A stretch of 64,000 nucleotides of DNA from a virus, in IMG/VR virus record IMGVR_UViG_3300047480_000598, positions 32,001-96,000 of that record; one strand, 5' to 3'. The notes under the pieces were generated by a model. That model did no database searches. It was not told the DNA's origin and worked only from the letters and a program-made list of their open reading frames with translations. Each line of letters begins with the position of its first letter. Positions within the stretch are counted from its first letter, which is position 1. A program made the translations under genes and the position numbers. Shown in pieces: positions 51,601 to 59,347 of this stretch.

Positions 51601-51735
51601 CGAACTTGTATGGTTTACTACACATATCCATGTTTTACCAGCGTTACTAATAACATCATCTACAACATATGATGTACTAGGAGTCCACTCGCCTTGCCAT
51701 ACAAATTTAATTCGACCTAATCTAAACTCTGCCAT
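39640..51735 (-). CDS. Giant virion fibre/appendage protein (4031 aa): CBM5/12-like N-terminal repeats, beta-helix scaffold, 12 CxRD phycobiliprotein-like helical repeats, YGNG beta-propeller repeats
   Basis: W..T.Y..GD.V.YGG..Y.C..HTS repeats; YVAPTG..PWRT, VGDELR; 12x C-x-R-D; W..V.YGNG.FVA repeats; C-term RLTGHDFL..TSTDQDGNF shared with 51800..59326. Confidence 0.85.
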   Translation of the reverse strand: MAEFRLGRIKFVWQGEWTPSTSYVVDDVISNAGKTWICVVNHTSSSLFVTDGDFIPPKWHLVSDGLSWRGDWETSTYYNVGDQVKYGGNVYVANEAHTSAATTTLGLEADQDLPTQTNSKWDLIASSFYWTGSWTTTTRYRVNDFVVYGGITYFCNTAHTSAATSLLGLEDDQNYWTNFNNGIVYLGEWTDSVRYKENDIVKYGSGSWICTTNHTSDTTFDDTKWSVFVEGLEFEDSWNSLTVYQIGDVVTYGGYSYIAKTNNSNSNPSTGATATIDWQLYTTGFNFVGDWNNSTTYKVGDVVRLGGYTYLSITDNLNQTPPNTSYWHQLNSGFKWINSPVTYTDISGITLTGIGSGATFDITRNGTSYSVDYSSTGTNYEVGDTILISGSDLGGLSPINDAIITVESLVGGYIATLSATGYAVTWTNGDSYIKGDIVFFGANSYVAIIAHIATSTNRPDQDTTAEFWNLLAAGSESAVLTTEGDTYYFGNNGPTRLPIGTDGQLLRVNNGYPSWEYYGIINNVVYVAPTGVDDRDPGRGLTIDKPWRTVRYACTQIERGYRNTNAIELLRMNKQFIMKEVSNWVTSTYSVSISASVASTGEFTANDTSNLVANMPIEFNGTLGGVTANTKYFVKTVIDSTHFTISTTQGGLIFGLSDDSGSMIGSLSYDYNFCQRDVGILLDAVIYDLGHGGNEYVTNAAKAYYTTSGSSYINSNFGQQITQTVAAYNYMKNLVANVINNCPPIINYQELNGLTSGIASQVIETSYVAEESSSDTAIALLTIITDGILAGDTSAIAPASYGNTTISVKTGTFVEVLPIIIPNHVAVVGDELRSTNISPNSAITNLVNDKPKTISALNRIKALVPNLVSNNIVEASIGNSAEQQYVFNNYESIASESVRANVITAQDILEDGSTTVPVTIVDPIGYDDGYYNARRLIVANKEFLKAEAIAYVNYNFVNYNSNYDSATCSRDVGLIIDAVCYDLVTGSNFASSVAGEAYYRIQSDPVTSNQLFQTLDVINFVKTAASDYVHSSLLLQAEQAFDNVYNILENGLTAVPVYVWPDNGTSDATSVADALALQTNRATLISGVTTYLSSTSPYDAVWAGLSTEQQAKCARDTGYIIDAITYDVQYGGNYQSIVAGLAYYSFGVLEIASGEKAATIAAYNQLGGLMKTYTSGTADTSIDALVTIITGIINTGSAPAITYPSASAESIAVQSTLSSLQSAKSSIQASTISYITATYNGLSYDTVACARDVGYIVDALEYDLTYGGNLATQIAARAYYSKGDFVEPLTEKKAALATQLRLRNIISDIAQGVLITKTSGNALSQDDSGTAGSSGAGTFAQSRIIDMYNTIKTGNNPIPVLPNTTNVLSNKVTALTSILARKSQIQTIGINWVTTNYPLLQFDQTLCSRDIGYIVEALAYDMVFDSNFLTQWSALSYYRGLTSTGVVISDQKEETIGLMFAIGLAVLDASGGTDSITTSLNAMTSIIANGLTAVPTFNLPVPTGGTGNAFTAGYYDAARLVLLNKAFLKAEITAWINVQIAGPIAPFSGFVYDQATCERDVGYIVDALHYDLTYGGNLATQIAARSYYSNGVLVETGEEAQALAVWAYVKTIIDDIVKGLSITKSSGNLETQITAGSAGSAGAATFAQNRIQELYDTIDTGIEPTTVSPDITWVHAAFSNANTAIQAEKTLIKTTVTNWINSTYPELIYNEITCQRDIGFIVDAVCYDMMFGSNFLSCWNAMSYHRALTSTGVVLAQQLQPTLGTIGVVGSFVKELAYETSGYVGNIVNADWVEVSTNTIYDIINNGLNSTPNEIITDPADLDVNYENARTQLANNYAFIKADVSKYIENNYSSVWTALGATGQASCQRDVGYILDAIRYDLTYGGNTQSLIAGSAYWSGIVRTINSTELTATLAAYTHLKSIIDDIAKKLAVTPQAGNSTLQVLSGTGGNAGSATFAQDRVQDVIDWITNGTSPSTISPTLPTDNASTLAYELMQARKTEVQNDALGYVQKFFQSMSYDEDVCYRDVGYMVDAIMYDMLFKSNVAAITVGRSYYRAIDSAEIVISNQKHASLGLVKFLKYKLKGYAVGGAISKASTVIDDIIGTIDGGAVPRFLWPDFTGIDAENFAAAKLIFENKKFIQAETLKYINDNYPAVVYDHLTCARDVGYIVDSIRYDMTYGGNFATRQAGISYYSKLTDALQIDTNDKTATLAAYGNLKTIVQDIANGGLSSYTPLQTNTSYIIGTSGDATSATVVGSLIDGITTTINSGIASAPAETLPSTSWVATNLVTQATALISAKSTVQTAVTSYIEINYPNLNYDSTTCERDVGYIIDAVAYDMMLGSNFRSIKSGMAYYQAQASKVLDDQKRATLNAFRFLKDELKDIVVSDSDALASVNENMTIVLNILDKGVGETPDVNGSVTYLNNLGNTYAVEVLRANKQFLENEATAWIKNTFTGIVISTSSTTSVLTTSSAHNLTVGDPVIFPNNVISTSATSSSSVGNLITLLSTTGIITGSKITFTNGTLGNLVAGTVYYVKTVENTTQITVSASYNGSVFDPGTSTSVVTATIGDILGGLDFGIQYYVKTTPSSTTLTLTDTINGTSTLTVTTDTGAAVIVYSFDEVSCKRDMGEYVLALVDDLQLPGNHKGTHAALLYNNAVSGSEASDMFWVSNASGLRNLTMSGLSGDLTELNDFGTRRPTAGAYVALNPGFGPFDSRVWVTSRSHYSQNCTMFGAGCSGAKIDAALHRYGNKSMVKNDFTTIISDGIGVWCTGEDSLTELVSVFNYYGYSGYLAELGGRIRATNGNSSYGTYGVIAEGVDVHEVPLYATVDNRYNQAQATLVITDGVTEIHRVEFGNAGTTYTNVSYTLSGAGYNAAATGDEFRDGAVFETRIIDLNDDNGVGGTSYATQSNAAQTGDTTSITIAATDTALTNSYNGMRVQLTAGTGAGQYANILTYSGGSKIATVYKDSFTSITVTSTTDTGDYVNVASNATLYVDMPIYFTGTTFGNITANTLYYVKALNGTTQFTISTIAGGTAVNVTTGTGSMTLLAAGWDHVIPGRTIENALDLTTQYIIEPTINYTAPGYRATARTLSSTAAWKDITYGDSKYLAIAGSGQSTTYSTTGTTWATAGSLSASASWTDVVYGGGEGAVATVTIGGLGGQGAVLQAVLGVPNTTGAATDDQVASVTVINGGAGYTTPPVIVFTSVSGGTGAVATCAVLNGEIVSVTVTIPGSGYNAAPTVAAVTDRVTIATSVDWGRNYFSTPSVTVSDPFTGSAWSSGGVVTLNQTIYYVNTGVKHWYTVTTGGTFTTTGPIHTSGSASNGTAVLLYIGTTAILTPTLENAGVKTLTITNSGKGYTTTPTVTILDTGARYVAIATGSSDNCYTTSAGVLAGSAWTAGSALPASDFVSLTYGNGVYVAVGGTNSAASSTNGSTWTGRSIPTLGSGTYSAVVYGNGTFVAISTGNLVTAVSSNGNSWTAGGNLPTSTTWSSIAYGNGRFVAIESGGRNVAISTDKGTSWVAATPGLPSSQTWNKVSYGQGLFLAVSSGGSVAATSPDGINWTVRALSSSSNWISAQFGNTNDTPVWVAISNTSGTVACSIKTGAQALGRVKVSSGVVTEVRMIEPGSGYPTGTVTAATGGATDSITVSDTTNLIDSQPIEFTGCSSAGLVENITYYVIGSTIVTDTSFKVSATAGSSTPVNLTTVTGLSGTYRAGPIFTVTDPNKVKSAAFRVRMGDGALGNPSFSNRGTDMTTATAEPNGDGYADLYQPSSFINVEGLYDIPEAGANVEFDSLPGVYFKLVTITNELGSLGSKTATFQINPALSVLQAPVHGDRVTARIKYSQVRLTGHDFLYIGTGGKERTNYPNVDISTAIQANQTVYSAGGRVFFTSTDQDGNFNVGNLFGVQQATGTATLNASAFNLSGLNSLQLGSVELGVGSAIITQFSTDPFFTADSDSIVPTQRAIKSYITSQIGGGQSSLNVNTLTSGIVYIAGNSISTTTGEAINVTTKMNFTGGIDGSPVALGFFMQR
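43800..50050 (-). repeat. Intragenic array of 12 helical ~140-160 aa repeats (CxRD motif)
   Basis: Cys codons at about 49715, 48833, 48398, 47990, 47516, 47066, 46595, 46136, 45665, 45251, 44765 and 43865. Confidence 0.9.
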
Positions 51736-51756
51736 TTTTAAATTCCTCTGATATTA

Positions 51757-51763
51757 TATTTAT
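51757..51763 (-). promoter_or_regulatory. Late promoter box ATAAATA
   Basis: Intergenic, upstream of SD AGAGG of the 4031-aa gene. Confidence 0.6.
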
Positions 51764-51799
51764 CTTAGTTAAAATCTTGTACTTTATTTGGTAACCTGT

Positions 51800-54700
51800 T
51801 TACCTACGATTCCATGTCTTCATAAAGTACGACATTGCCATACCGTCACCGTCCCATCCTGCAAATTCTCCTTGCATTCTTGCCATAACTGGAATATTCA
51901 CTACCCAGCCCGCTGACCCTTCAGGAATAGTACTTCTAATCTTATCTGCACCACCAACTACAACAGTACCAGCAATTAACTGTCCAGTAAACGTATTAGA
52001 TCCACCTTGTGATAGACGACTAGTTAAGTACGCTTTAATTGCTCTTTGTGTTGGAATAATATTATTACTATTAGCAATAAATGTTGTATCTGTACTAAAT
52101 TGTCGAACAACAACACTTGATCCTCCAACTGCTATGCCACCTAATGATAATGTTTCTAATCCAGTTAACCCAAATTGTGTTGCACTTAAAGTTACAATGC
52201 CAGTTGCTTGTTCGACTCCGAACAAGTCTCCAACTTTAAAGTTTCCGTCTTGATCTGTACTTGTATAAAAAACACGACCAAAATTTACTTCAACTGCTTG
52301 ATCTTGTGGTGCTAATACAGTATCTTCGGGTAAGTTTGGATAATTTGACTGTATTGCATTTCCATAACCGACATTTAAGAAATCATGTCCAGTTAGTCGA
52401 CATTGACTATATTTGGTTCTAATAATTAATGCTGCTTCATGTTCAGGGCTTTTTGCAACAGTCATCTCTGGAGATATTTCGATATTTGCCATAATATTCG
52501 GAGCCATAGTTCCATAAACTGGAGTTGCACGAGTGACTTTGTAAACAGTGCTATTGTCAGCAATTACTAAATTGTCACCTGGTGACGGTAATGCCGATAA
52601 ATTTTTAACAATTAATCTTAATCCTGACTGGAACGTATCTGCATATCCGCCACCGTTGATTGTTACTATTGTAGAATTAGTGTTATAATCTTGGCCTTTG
52701 TTAATAAATGTAGGATTAGCAAGAACCCCTTTTCCTATCCTCACTGATGTAGTTACACTTAATGTTATGTTAGGATCAGTAATTGTAACTGATGGCGCTG
52801 TTGAATAATTTGATCCAGGTTCAAACATAGTGATAGAATCAATAGTACCCGATGTTACGTTGACTCTTCCTTTTGTAGTCGATCCGGCTTTGATAATACT
52901 TCCTGATGTTGTTCCTCCAATTGCTACAAAAATACCATCATTAGTTGTTGGATCTAATCCAAACACAACATTATTAAAAGAACTGCTATCAATAGACCGG
53001 AGTGTCCATGAATAACCATCTTCTGTAGTATATGCATTTCCTGAAGAACTACTGCCTGCAACAAATATTCCTTGTCCGTATACGATTCTATCAACTCCTA
53101 ATATAGTATAAGGAGATTCATTCCAAGTAACACCGTCAGAACTATATGCCGGACTTACATTATCTGAGCTTGCTACAGAAACAAACAAACTGTTACCGTA
53201 CGACACACTTGCCCATGTAGACGAACTCGGCATAGTCGAACTGACCCAATTAATGCCATCTGTGCTGTATGCCGCTGTTGTTGTACCTGATGCTACAGCA
53301 ACAAATCGGCCTCTGCCGTAAGTTAATCCAGTCCATGTTGCAGAAGGTAAACTTGCTCCGTTGTTCCATGTTTTTCCGTAATCTGTAGAATATGCAGACT
53401 TATTAGTTCCTGTTGCTATTGCTACAAATTTACCATTCCCATATACAACATGCGACCATGTTGATGCCGACGGCATTGTAGTTGATTTCCACCCTTCTCC
53501 ATTGTTTATAGAATAAAGTGCAGTTGTAGAAGTCATACCTCCGGATGAGATAATAACCCATCGACCGTCCCCAAAAGCAATTCCTGACCACGTGTTAGAG
53601 GACGGTAATGACATTGAATCCCATGTATTACCCCCATCATCAGAAATTCCTGCAATTGCATTGCCATCCGGAACTGCAATAAATTTCTGATTTCCGTATG
53701 CAATGTAACTCCAGGATGTTCCTAATGCCGCAGTATTAATTGTTTTGTTTGTTTGACTAAATGACGGTTTAGTATAGGAAATTCTTGGTTCAACATAATA
53801 AACTGCCGAATTATCTAATTGAGTTTCGATAGAAGTTCCCGGATGTATGTGATCCCATCCTACTGCTGCAATATTCATCGACCCTGTATCTGTTTTTAAT
53901 GTAATAGGAGATCCGCCTAATGAAGAGCTAACAGTAAATGTTGTTGGACTATCGATTGTCTTAACATAATAGTTTGTTCCTTTTGTTACATCACCGAATA
54001 AGCTAGTTGAATATGTACCATTCATCGATCCGTAACCAATCGAAATACTAGTCTTAGTGTTAGTGCTGACTCCCTCCATGCTTCCGGATCCGTTTGACAA
54101 CTCGGTCGGAAGTGGAGTCGTTCTAACTAATACATCACAAACTGATGTTGACAAGTTAACAGCTGATCCGCCCGGAGAGACGCTAATAGTAAATGTCGTC
54201 TCATCATTAATAGCAAGAATGTAATATGTAATTCCTGTCGTGATTCCGCCGGTAGTCTTTCCGATAAATTGGATCGGATTGTTGGCAATAAATCCAGAAG
54301 TTGAATCAACTGTAATTAGATTAGTTATTGTTTCGGTAGAAGTTGCTGCTGTTTCGATTAACGAACCTACTACAGTAAAGTTACCTGAATTTATAACTTT
54401 GTTAATGTAGTATACTGTGTCTGCAACAATATTTCCAAATACAGTTCCTGTAAATTTAATGGGATTTAATGGAACTAATTGGGTTGTCGACGATGTAGTT
54501 AGATAATTGGTCCCTGTTGCTGTACCGGTTACGGTTACAGTCACTAACGATGACGAAATAGTAAATTTTGATGGGCTAACAACTTCATTGATATAATAGG
54601 TCGTTCCTACACTTAACCCTCCGATAGATACTCCGGTAAATGTTATAGGCATAGTTATTTGCATATTAGAAGTAGATCCAGCTAGATAATTATTATACCC

Positions 54701-57700
54701 AGGGAAGGTCATAGTCATTGACCCTGTTCCGCTGTTTAATAGCCAAACATTACCAAATATTTCAGTACTAATATTAAATGTAGTAGTATCTAAAATCTCT
54801 TTTACATAATATGTAAAATCAGTAGTAACGCCGCCATACACTGATCCTGAAAATCTAATAGGCATATTAATTGTTAACTTTGCAGTATTATCTACAGTCA
54901 TCGTATTAGTTGATCCGCCGATAACTGTGGTCACAGTTAATGAATCTAACCCTGTAGTAGTAACATTGGTATTATAATATGTCGGAATAAACTGAACTAT
55001 TTGATTTAGATATAATGTACTTGTAGTATAACCAGGATTTAAAGTTAGTATTCCGGTTGTATTATCTGTAGAAATTACATTTAAAATCGAAAATGATTCT
55101 TTTAAAATAGATGCAGTCTTAGTTACTGCATCATCAAATGAAGAAATATAGCCATATTGTCCTGCACCGGTACCTGATTCAATAAACAACCTCATACCGA
55201 TATAGTTAGTTTCAGTATTTGTATCCGATCCTGCTAATAAAATACTTAAATCGTCGCCGCCTTGTGCGTTGTTAGACGACACTAAGTAACCACGACCGCC
55301 GACTCCGGTTCCTGTGTCAGTTATACGAGTTTCAAATACTGCATTTGATCGAGTTTCGTCCCCTAATAAATCAGCTCCAATTCCCGAACCAGTTACAGTA
55401 AAGTTAGCATTACTAGTAAATTGATTCGTTTTAGTTTCTAAATAAAATGTAGGATCATCGGTTAGTTGAACTTGTGATCCGTACACTCTACTACTTCCTG
55501 TAAGTCCTGATTTACCTCGAGGGTATATGCGTACTTGTAAGTTATTATTTAGAGCAATCTTATCATAAACCGTCATCCATATTCTGTACCATCCGTTTGT
55601 AAGCTCTAACTTATCGTATGTCTTTGGAAGAGCACCGTTCGAATCGATTGCTGCACTTAAATCTCCTGTAGAAAAATTATAAGTTAAGGTAGTAGTAGCA
55701 GTAGTATCCCCACTAAAAATTGCACTAATGTCAATCGATGACGAGGTTCCTTGCTTTACATAAATGCTAATTGTATAACTTTGATTACTATTTGTAGGTA
55801 CTGTTCCACTTACACTAACATCTAAAATTGCCGAACCTGCAAGAGAAGTAACTGTTAAATAACAATCGTTAGTCCCGTCTGCTCCGCCAAATGTACTTCC
55901 TGGAATTCTTAATTCATTACCAGTAACATACCCACTTCCTCCATTATTAACAACCGCAGTATATCCTGTACTACCAACAGTAATATCAAAAGTTGCATTA
56001 ACCCCCGACCCGGATATGTTTAAAGTTTCAATATTAGTATATTCTCCCCCGGGTGGTAAAACATTGATATTTTGATAAATGTAACTAGCATCAGTACTCG
56101 ATGTTGTTCCTGTTAGAGTCCAGGCATCAGTCTCGTTAAACGGAGATGTTGAATTTTTTTGAATTACTACGTTACCGTCGGTACTCCATGATGTAAAAAT
56201 ATTACTATTTTTTATAAGATTTGTTGTTTGTTCAATATAGTTTGAACCTGCATTTACATATTCAATAGACAATAGTTCAGCAGATGACCCGAAAGCACTT
56301 TGAACACTCGCTTGTACTTGAGCTGATCTATTATCAATTAAACCGGTAATTGGAACTTCGGTATCATCATATCCTTCGGCAATAACGCCATATGTACCAT
56401 AAGAGCTGTTACCGTTTGTTGCACGAATACGACCGCCGTTTTCTGCAAAATAACCTGCATAGTTGTAATAAGAGAATACAGAAACACATTCAGTTAACGA
56501 CTGTGTACCGGTGCACCAAACTCCCACTCCGTCGGAAAGAATTTGTGTGTAATCGTTAGCGACCATTGAACGATTGCCACCGTTATGTAATGTTCCATCA
56601 ATCTTCATACCGGCACAACCGATACCAAAAGTTGTTACATTTTGACAATACGGGCTTCTATTAATAATCCATGCTCTAGTATCATCCGGTCCTGTTCCAG
56701 GATCTAAACTTGTGTAAGATCCACCAGTCGGTCTACGGGTCGTAAAAGTATTAGGGCTGCTTAATGAGCCTGCTAATCCAGTTAATGTCATATTACGAAT
56801 ACCTGTCGCATTTCTCATATAGAACATATCTTTTAAGCAGTCACCAGCATATACTGTCATATTTCCGATGCCAGACGTTAAGGTAACAGGGTCACCGCCT
56901 TCGGTTAAAGAAATCGTAACAGTCTTGTTAATAATTGATGCAACATAATAGGTCACTCCGAGATTAATTCCGCCAAAATCGTCATTAATACTCGATGCCG
57001 AAAATTGTATTGGCATTCCTACTTCTAATCCTACGACTGATAAGAATGTAAATCGATTTGTTAACGAACTACATGATTTAGTAAGAGTAGTAAATCTTGT
57101 TATAGGTTCTACTACTGCGCCTCTTAACTCGTCTCCTACTAATGCGGTATTATCCGGAATGACAATTGGTAATTCTTCAGAAAATGTACCAGTCTTAACA
57201 AAAATAGTTGCAGTTGCTCCGATATTAATTCTAGGAAGTTTTTCAGTAGTTGCATGTTCAATAGAAAAAATTACTAGATCCAACAATGTAGATATTTCAG
57301 TGTAGGAATTAACTTCGCTAACAATTGATAGATTTTTATTCTGAGGGACTATAAATTCCGGAAGATCGTACATAAACTCCCAACTTTCAATAGCATCCGG
57401 AGTGTCAGTATTATCATCAATTAAACTTGTAAAATAACCGTCTAAGTAATATACAACGTCTCCTGTTTGATATGTAGTTCCTGAATCCCATAGAATATTT
57501 TCGTTTTGATAACTTATAGTAGGATCAGTATTATCTAAAATAAATTCAATTAACAACTTTAATCTTTGTAATGATGCAACAATATATGGTTGAGCAGCAT
57601 CGGTTGCGTCATTAAAAAATGTAGTAGTGCTATTTTCTTTAAAATATGCTTTTGTAGCAGTAATAATTCTACTGTTACTTCCTCGAACAATATCATGAGA

Positions 57701-59326
57701 TAATGCATCAATTATATATCTTGCATCTCTTTTTGTTGAGTATTCGTCAAAAACAGATGACGATGTAAACGGGCTGTTATTATTGTTCTTTTGAAATAAC
57801 ATCCACTGATACATTTCTTCTATTAAATATTCTTTATTATTAACTAACAATGTATTTGCATTTTGAAAGAAAAATCCTTGTGATATCGATTCACATGCAT
57901 ATTTGATAGACCTCCATGGTTGGTCCCACGTTTTTCCATACTCTACATTATCTATTCCGGTTGTTGCAACATAAAATATGTCGGGTAGTTCAAATATTTT
58001 CCTCCAGTTTGGCTGAGTTCCTTCTATTTTTAATAGGTATCTGTCGGTATCTCCTTCGACACCATTTTCTGGTAGAATATGTATAGGTTGTGCTGATCCA
58101 TTATGGTAAGAAACTAAATCTCCTAACGTATTTCCTGCGTTTTCTTTTGCATGGATTGCATACACATCCCATAAAGAGTTAGTATCAAGATCGGGGCGAG
58201 ATATTGCACTTGAAGTGTGAGTACTAACACATTTATAAGTAATATTTTGCCAAGAAACTAATTCACCGACTACGTAACTAGTATTTGTAATCCAGAAATT
58301 TTTCCAAGAAACACCGGGAACAATTACTGACCAATATGCAGTATCATCTCCGGCATTAGCTGACGGGTCTTGTCCAGAACTATCGGAAATCGCAGTATAT
58401 AAATAACCTCCTCTATATACCACATCTCCTATTTTATAACTTGAACCACCTTGCCATTGTTGTCTACTAAGATACCCTTGTGTTAACAAATTCCAATCTG
58501 TGCTAGATACTGTCGGGATATTATTTTGATTATTAATAGTTTTACCTACATAAGAATATCCACCATAAACAGCAATATCTCCCGGTTGATAAATTACAGA
58601 CGACGACCATTGACCTGTGTACTCCTGTCCAGGTAGCCATAGATCCCATTTTAATTCGTCAAATAGTATAGATGATGTATGCCCTTCGATACATTTATAG
58701 ATATCTGTACCGTTTCTAGATAAATCATTTACTTTGTATCTTACAGAAGAATCCCAATCTCCTTTATATTCGATTCCTGCATTAACAATTTCCCATTTTG
58801 AATTTTCTTGTGTCGGTAGGCCTTGATCGGCTTCAAGACCTAATGCAGATGTTGATGCAGAGATATGATCAACTATACAACGATAAACAATTCCACCATA
58901 TTTTACAATATCACCGTAACTATAAACAGTTGACGTAGTCCAAGATGACTCCCAATTGTCAAATTGCGAATATGTTGTCCATTTAGTTAAATCAAGTTGG
59001 GTTGATCCACTGGTATGTTGATCGGTACAAATATAAACAATACCACCGTATGTAACAATATTTCCAAAATAGTAATATGTGTTAGGTTCCCATGCGGTTT
59101 TCCAAGCACGGCCGTCAACCATTAATAACCATCGAGGTAAACTTGCACCATCGGATGGACGTATGTAAGTTAAATCACTATAAAAATTAGTAGATGTATG
59201 AGGGTCTAAACAAACATATGTTTTTCCATTATAATGAACAACCGCATCTCTGTTATAATCAACATCTGTGTCCCAATATCCTTTCCAAGTATATCGCAAT
59301 CTACCAATTTTAAATTCTGAAGCCAT
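51800..59326 (-). CDS. Giant virion fibre/appendage protein (2508 aa), paralog of the 4031-aa protein
   Basis: Same N-terminus (EFKIGRLRYTWKG), CBM-like repeats, VGDELR, GGRIRATNGNSSYGTYGVIAEG, propeller repeats, same C-terminal domain. Confidence 0.85.
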   Translation of the reverse strand: MASEFKIGRLRYTWKGYWDTDVDYNRDAVVHYNGKTYVCLDPHTSTNFYSDLTYIRPSDGASLPRWLLMVDGRAWKTAWEPNTYYYFGNIVTYGGIVYICTDQHTSGSTQLDLTKWTTYSQFDNWESSWTTSTVYSYGDIVKYGGIVYRCIVDHISASTSALGLEADQGLPTQENSKWEIVNAGIEYKGDWDSSVRYKVNDLSRNGTDIYKCIEGHTSSILFDELKWDLWLPGQEYTGQWSSSVIYQPGDIAVYGGYSYVGKTINNQNNIPTVSSTDWNLLTQGYLSRQQWQGGSSYKIGDVVYRGGYLYTAISDSSGQDPSANAGDDTAYWSVIVPGVSWKNFWITNTSYVVGELVSWQNITYKCVSTHTSSAISRPDLDTNSLWDVYAIHAKENAGNTLGDLVSYHNGSAQPIHILPENGVEGDTDRYLLKIEGTQPNWRKIFELPDIFYVATTGIDNVEYGKTWDQPWRSIKYACESISQGFFFQNANTLLVNNKEYLIEEMYQWMLFQKNNNNSPFTSSSVFDEYSTKRDARYIIDALSHDIVRGSNSRIITATKAYFKENSTTTFFNDATDAAQPYIVASLQRLKLLIEFILDNTDPTISYQNENILWDSGTTYQTGDVVYYLDGYFTSLIDDNTDTPDAIESWEFMYDLPEFIVPQNKNLSIVSEVNSYTEISTLLDLVIFSIEHATTEKLPRINIGATATIFVKTGTFSEELPIVIPDNTALVGDELRGAVVEPITRFTTLTKSCSSLTNRFTFLSVVGLEVGMPIQFSASSINDDFGGINLGVTYYVASIINKTVTISLTEGGDPVTLTSGIGNMTVYAGDCLKDMFYMRNATGIRNMTLTGLAGSLSSPNTFTTRRPTGGSYTSLDPGTGPDDTRAWIINRSPYCQNVTTFGIGCAGMKIDGTLHNGGNRSMVANDYTQILSDGVGVWCTGTQSLTECVSVFSYYNYAGYFAENGGRIRATNGNSSYGTYGVIAEGYDDTEVPITGLIDNRSAQVQASVQSAFGSSAELLSIEYVNAGSNYIEQTTNLIKNSNIFTSWSTDGNVVIQKNSTSPFNETDAWTLTGTTSSTDASYIYQNINVLPPGGEYTNIETLNISGSGVNATFDITVGSTGYTAVVNNGGSGYVTGNELRIPGSTFGGADGTNDCYLTVTSLAGSAILDVSVSGTVPTNSNQSYTISIYVKQGTSSSIDISAIFSGDTTATTTLTYNFSTGDLSAAIDSNGALPKTYDKLELTNGWYRIWMTVYDKIALNNNLQVRIYPRGKSGLTGSSRVYGSQVQLTDDPTFYLETKTNQFTSNANFTVTGSGIGADLLGDETRSNAVFETRITDTGTGVGGRGYLVSSNNAQGGDDLSILLAGSDTNTETNYIGMRLFIESGTGAGQYGYISSFDDAVTKTASILKESFSILNVISTDNTTGILTLNPGYTTSTLYLNQIVQFIPTYYNTNVTTTGLDSLTVTTVIGGSTNTMTVDNTAKLTINMPIRFSGSVYGGVTTDFTYYVKEILDTTTFNISTEIFGNVWLLNSGTGSMTMTFPGYNNYLAGSTSNMQITMPITFTGVSIGGLSVGTTYYINEVVSPSKFTISSSLVTVTVTGTATGTNYLTTSSTTQLVPLNPIKFTGTVFGNIVADTVYYINKVINSGNFTVVGSLIETAATSTETITNLITVDSTSGFIANNPIQFIGKTTGGITTGITYYILAINDETTFTISVSPGGSAVNLSTSVCDVLVRTTPLPTELSNGSGSMEGVSTNTKTSISIGYGSMNGTYSTSLFGDVTKGTNYYVKTIDSPTTFTVSSSLGGSPITLKTDTGSMNIAAVGWDHIHPGTSIETQLDNSAVYYVEPRISYTKPSFSQTNKTINTAALGTSWSYIAYGNQKFIAVPDGNAIAGISDDGGNTWDSMSLPSSNTWSGIAFGDGRWVIISSGGMTSTTALYSINNGEGWKSTTMPSASTWSHVVYGNGKFVAIATGTNKSAYSTDYGKTWNNGASLPSATWTGLTYGRGRFVAVASGTTTAAYSTDGINWVSSTMPSSSTWASVSYGNSLFVSVASSDNVSPAYSSDGVTWNESPYTILGVDRIVYGQGIFVAGSSSSGNAYTTEDGYSWTLRSIDSSSFNNVVFGLDPTTNDGIFVAIGGTTSGSIIKAGSTTKGRVNVTSGTIDSITMFEPGSNYSTAPSVTITDPNITLSVTTSVRIGKGVLANPTFINKGQDYNTNSTIVTINGGGYADTFQSGLRLIVKNLSALPSPGDNLVIADNSTVYKVTRATPVYGTMAPNIMANIEISPEMTVAKSPEHEAALIIRTKYSQCRLTGHDFLNVGYGNAIQSNYPNLPEDTVLAPQDQAVEVNFGRVFYTSTDQDGNFKVGDLFGVEQATGIVTLSATQFGLTGLETLSLGGIAVGGSSVVVRQFSTDTTFIANSNNIIPTQRAIKAYLTSRLSQGGSNTFTGQLIAGTVVVGGADKIRSTIPEGSAGWVVNIPVMARMQGEFAGWDGDGMAMSYFMKTWNRR

Positions 59327-59347
59327 TGTACTGTTCCTTTTTCAATA

